Shown: piece after piece, positions 7,787 through 9,508 of the stretch
How the letters are laid out: the number at the start of each line of letters is the position of its first letter
Numbering within the stretch: the first letter of the stretch is position 1
DNA from: Paraspadella gotoi
Taxonomy: Eukaryota; Animalia; Chaetognatha
NCBI GenBank assembly: GCA_051294375.1
Contig: JBJCIZ010000490.1
Span: 24,299-33,806, forward strand
Direction of reading: 5' to 3'
DNA: 9,508 nt
Made by a program: the position numbers and the translations under genes
Notes under the pieces: model-generated
What the model was told of the DNA's origin: nothing
The model's database searches: none
The model's input: the letters and a program-made list of their open reading frames with translations, nothing else

Positions 7787-8938
7787 ATTGATGATATGCG
7801 GTGGAAGGAGCGAGAAGATATCTCCTCGGACGCGTCGTTAACTGGACTTCGAATGTCTCCTCGTTTCTGATCCAATAAGTTTTTAGATTTGAAATCGCAA
7901 GATTGAGGTTATTCTTTTAGTATTTTTTTATGGTTGAGGGATATCGTGGGGGGGTGAGCGGGAAAGGGCGGTAGTAAGGCGGTTGCAGGTGAGGAAAATT
8001 CGAAGCAGGTGTGAGCGCGGATAAAAAATGATATTTATCCAGACTCAGGGATGGAACTCGATAGTAGTGATTGACGGACTTGTCAATTGGTAGAGAGGGG
8101 TTAAACATTATAAGAAAAGGTAAAGTTAAAGACAAAATGGTCGGAAAGAAGGCTAGGATTTTGATCAGGGGATGAGGACGAAGAAAGGTTCACGGGAGGA
8201 AGGAAAGTTTGAAGGGAAGCTGAAATGTAAAGCAGAAAGTAAGTAAATGGTAAAGTGGGGGGGAAAACCAAGGAAGGGCGGCAAGATAAAGTATACGGAG
8301 GGGAAGCGGAGGAAAGGAAAAGAGGAGGAAGTGTTTTTGCGCCTTTGATACATGATATACACAGACATTTGAGTAAAAACAACTTTCTGTAAGCCCTCTG
8401 TATTGTAATGACTATCGGCACTGAGTCGATCTTCGTTCTTTTAAGATACCTATAGTTTTACGGATTTTTCTCTTTTCTTGAACGGCGGACGCTAAGGCAG
8501 TCCCTTAAGATTTGAGGTTTTTTTTCTGTGCTGTAACAAAAATGAGCAACCACTAATAGGCAAATTATATGGCTAGGTTTTTAATCCGTAAAGTGGGTAC
8601 AGAGAACGAACGGACAAGACATAAACCGCACGCGAACGAACGACGCTGAGACCCGACGACTGCAAAAAGTGACTTTAGCTGAGTTGCTACCAGCTAGTCG
8701 CGACTAAAAAGAAAGTAGGATGAGGTATTAAGATGTCAATGCTAGGAATCTTCGCGGGATGGATGACAACGAATTGAAGAACACAATTGCGTTGACCTTT
8801 TGTTCGGGTCGAAAGGACGTTCGCACCTCTCGTCCTCCATGGAAACGAGGAAACGCGAAAAGAATTGTTGGCCGAAAATTCAGAATTTTTGGCGGAAAAA
8901 AAAGACCCAGATTTATAATCAAGAGTTTGTGATGGGCT

Positions 8939-9038
8939 CCCTCTCTTAGTCTTCACTTTCCCTTCTTCTATCCTATCTCTCCTGCTCTCTCTCGTCTCTC
9001 GTCTCCTGCTTCCTCTCTCTCTCGTCATCTGCTCTCTC
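8939..9038 (-). repeat. Degenerate (TC)n tract (GA on minus strand)
   Basis: About 100 bp of pyrimidine and TC repeats with G insertions. Confidence 0.88.
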
Positions 9039-9189
9039 CATTAACGCGTGAATTTATTATTGCTCCTGTTTTTGTGTGTTTAGCAGTGAATCCGCAGAGG
9101 GAACTATTTTCCCACGTGGATTTCTCGCTTTTGGTCGGCCGCATAATTTTTTTTTCGTCGTTGAATCTTGGCGGAAAGAAAGCTTGCTG

Positions 9190-9312
9190 CGCGTGGCGCG
9201 TGGCGGCGGTTTTAAAAAAAAGTGGCGTGGCAGTGCCGGTGAGAAGTTTGAACGGCGCGGCGCGGCTGCGGCGTGCGGCAAGCGGCGGGGCGGTGGACAA
9301 TTAAGGCGGCGG
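9190..9312 (+). repeat. GGCG(C/T)-type GC-rich cryptic repeat
   Basis: Recurring GCGTGGC, GGCGC and GCGGC units, interrupted by TTTTAAAAAAAA. Confidence 0.55.
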
Positions 9313-9377
9313 TAGAGATTCATCAAATAGAACAAAATCAGTGAAGACGCGAGCGAGCTTCGCGAAAAAGGTCGCTT

Positions 9378-9508
9378 CCTTCTGCTTTACTTCTCTCTGC
9401 GTCTCTTTGTCTCTCATCAATCTCTCCTCTCTCTCTCTCTCTCTTCTCCTCTCTGCTCGTGCTCTCTCTCTCTCTCTGCTCTCTCGTCTCTGTTTTCTCC
9501 GCTTTCTT
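9378..9508 (-). repeat. Degenerate (TC)n tract, running to the window end
   Basis: TC repeats with G insertions. Confidence 0.9.

Noticed and set aside
8730-8935. Plus-strand frames extended by reading TGA as Trp (alternative genetic code)
   Set aside because: The frames stay short and no consistent window-wide gain in coding density is apparent.
1873-9508. GA tracts as CRISPR-like repeats with spacers, or as PacBio SMRTbell adapter remnants
   Set aside because: The tracts are not identical, spacing is irregular, no cas genes are present, and the adapter core (CAACAACAACGGAGGAGGAGG) is absent.

Overview
This window looks like eukaryotic, largely non-coding DNA from a draft scaffold. It is CpG-rich, and AT-rich and GC-rich patches alternate every few hundred bases. 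I see no operon-like gene packing, rRNA, tRNA, CRISPR array or recognisable protein family. It contains three N-gaps (293-473, 743-1031, 1159-1343), about ten degenerate (GA)n/(TC)n tracts mostly 70-105 bp long on both strands, and longer purine- or pyrimidine-skewed blocks. Most ORFs in the track are artefacts of Ns or of stop-poor GA/TC sequence (ERER/SLSL). The best local signals are an ETS/KLF/E2F motif cluster (31-669), a canonical 92-nt GT-AG intron on the minus strand (3301-3392), a concentric inverted-repeat unit (3605-3782), a YY1/GC-box/CCAAT cluster (6565-6983), G-quadruplex motifs and a few weakly protein-like frames. I cannot support a new biological system. The repeat-punctuated mosaic may partly reflect scaffolding, gap-filling or read error, which should be excluded first.
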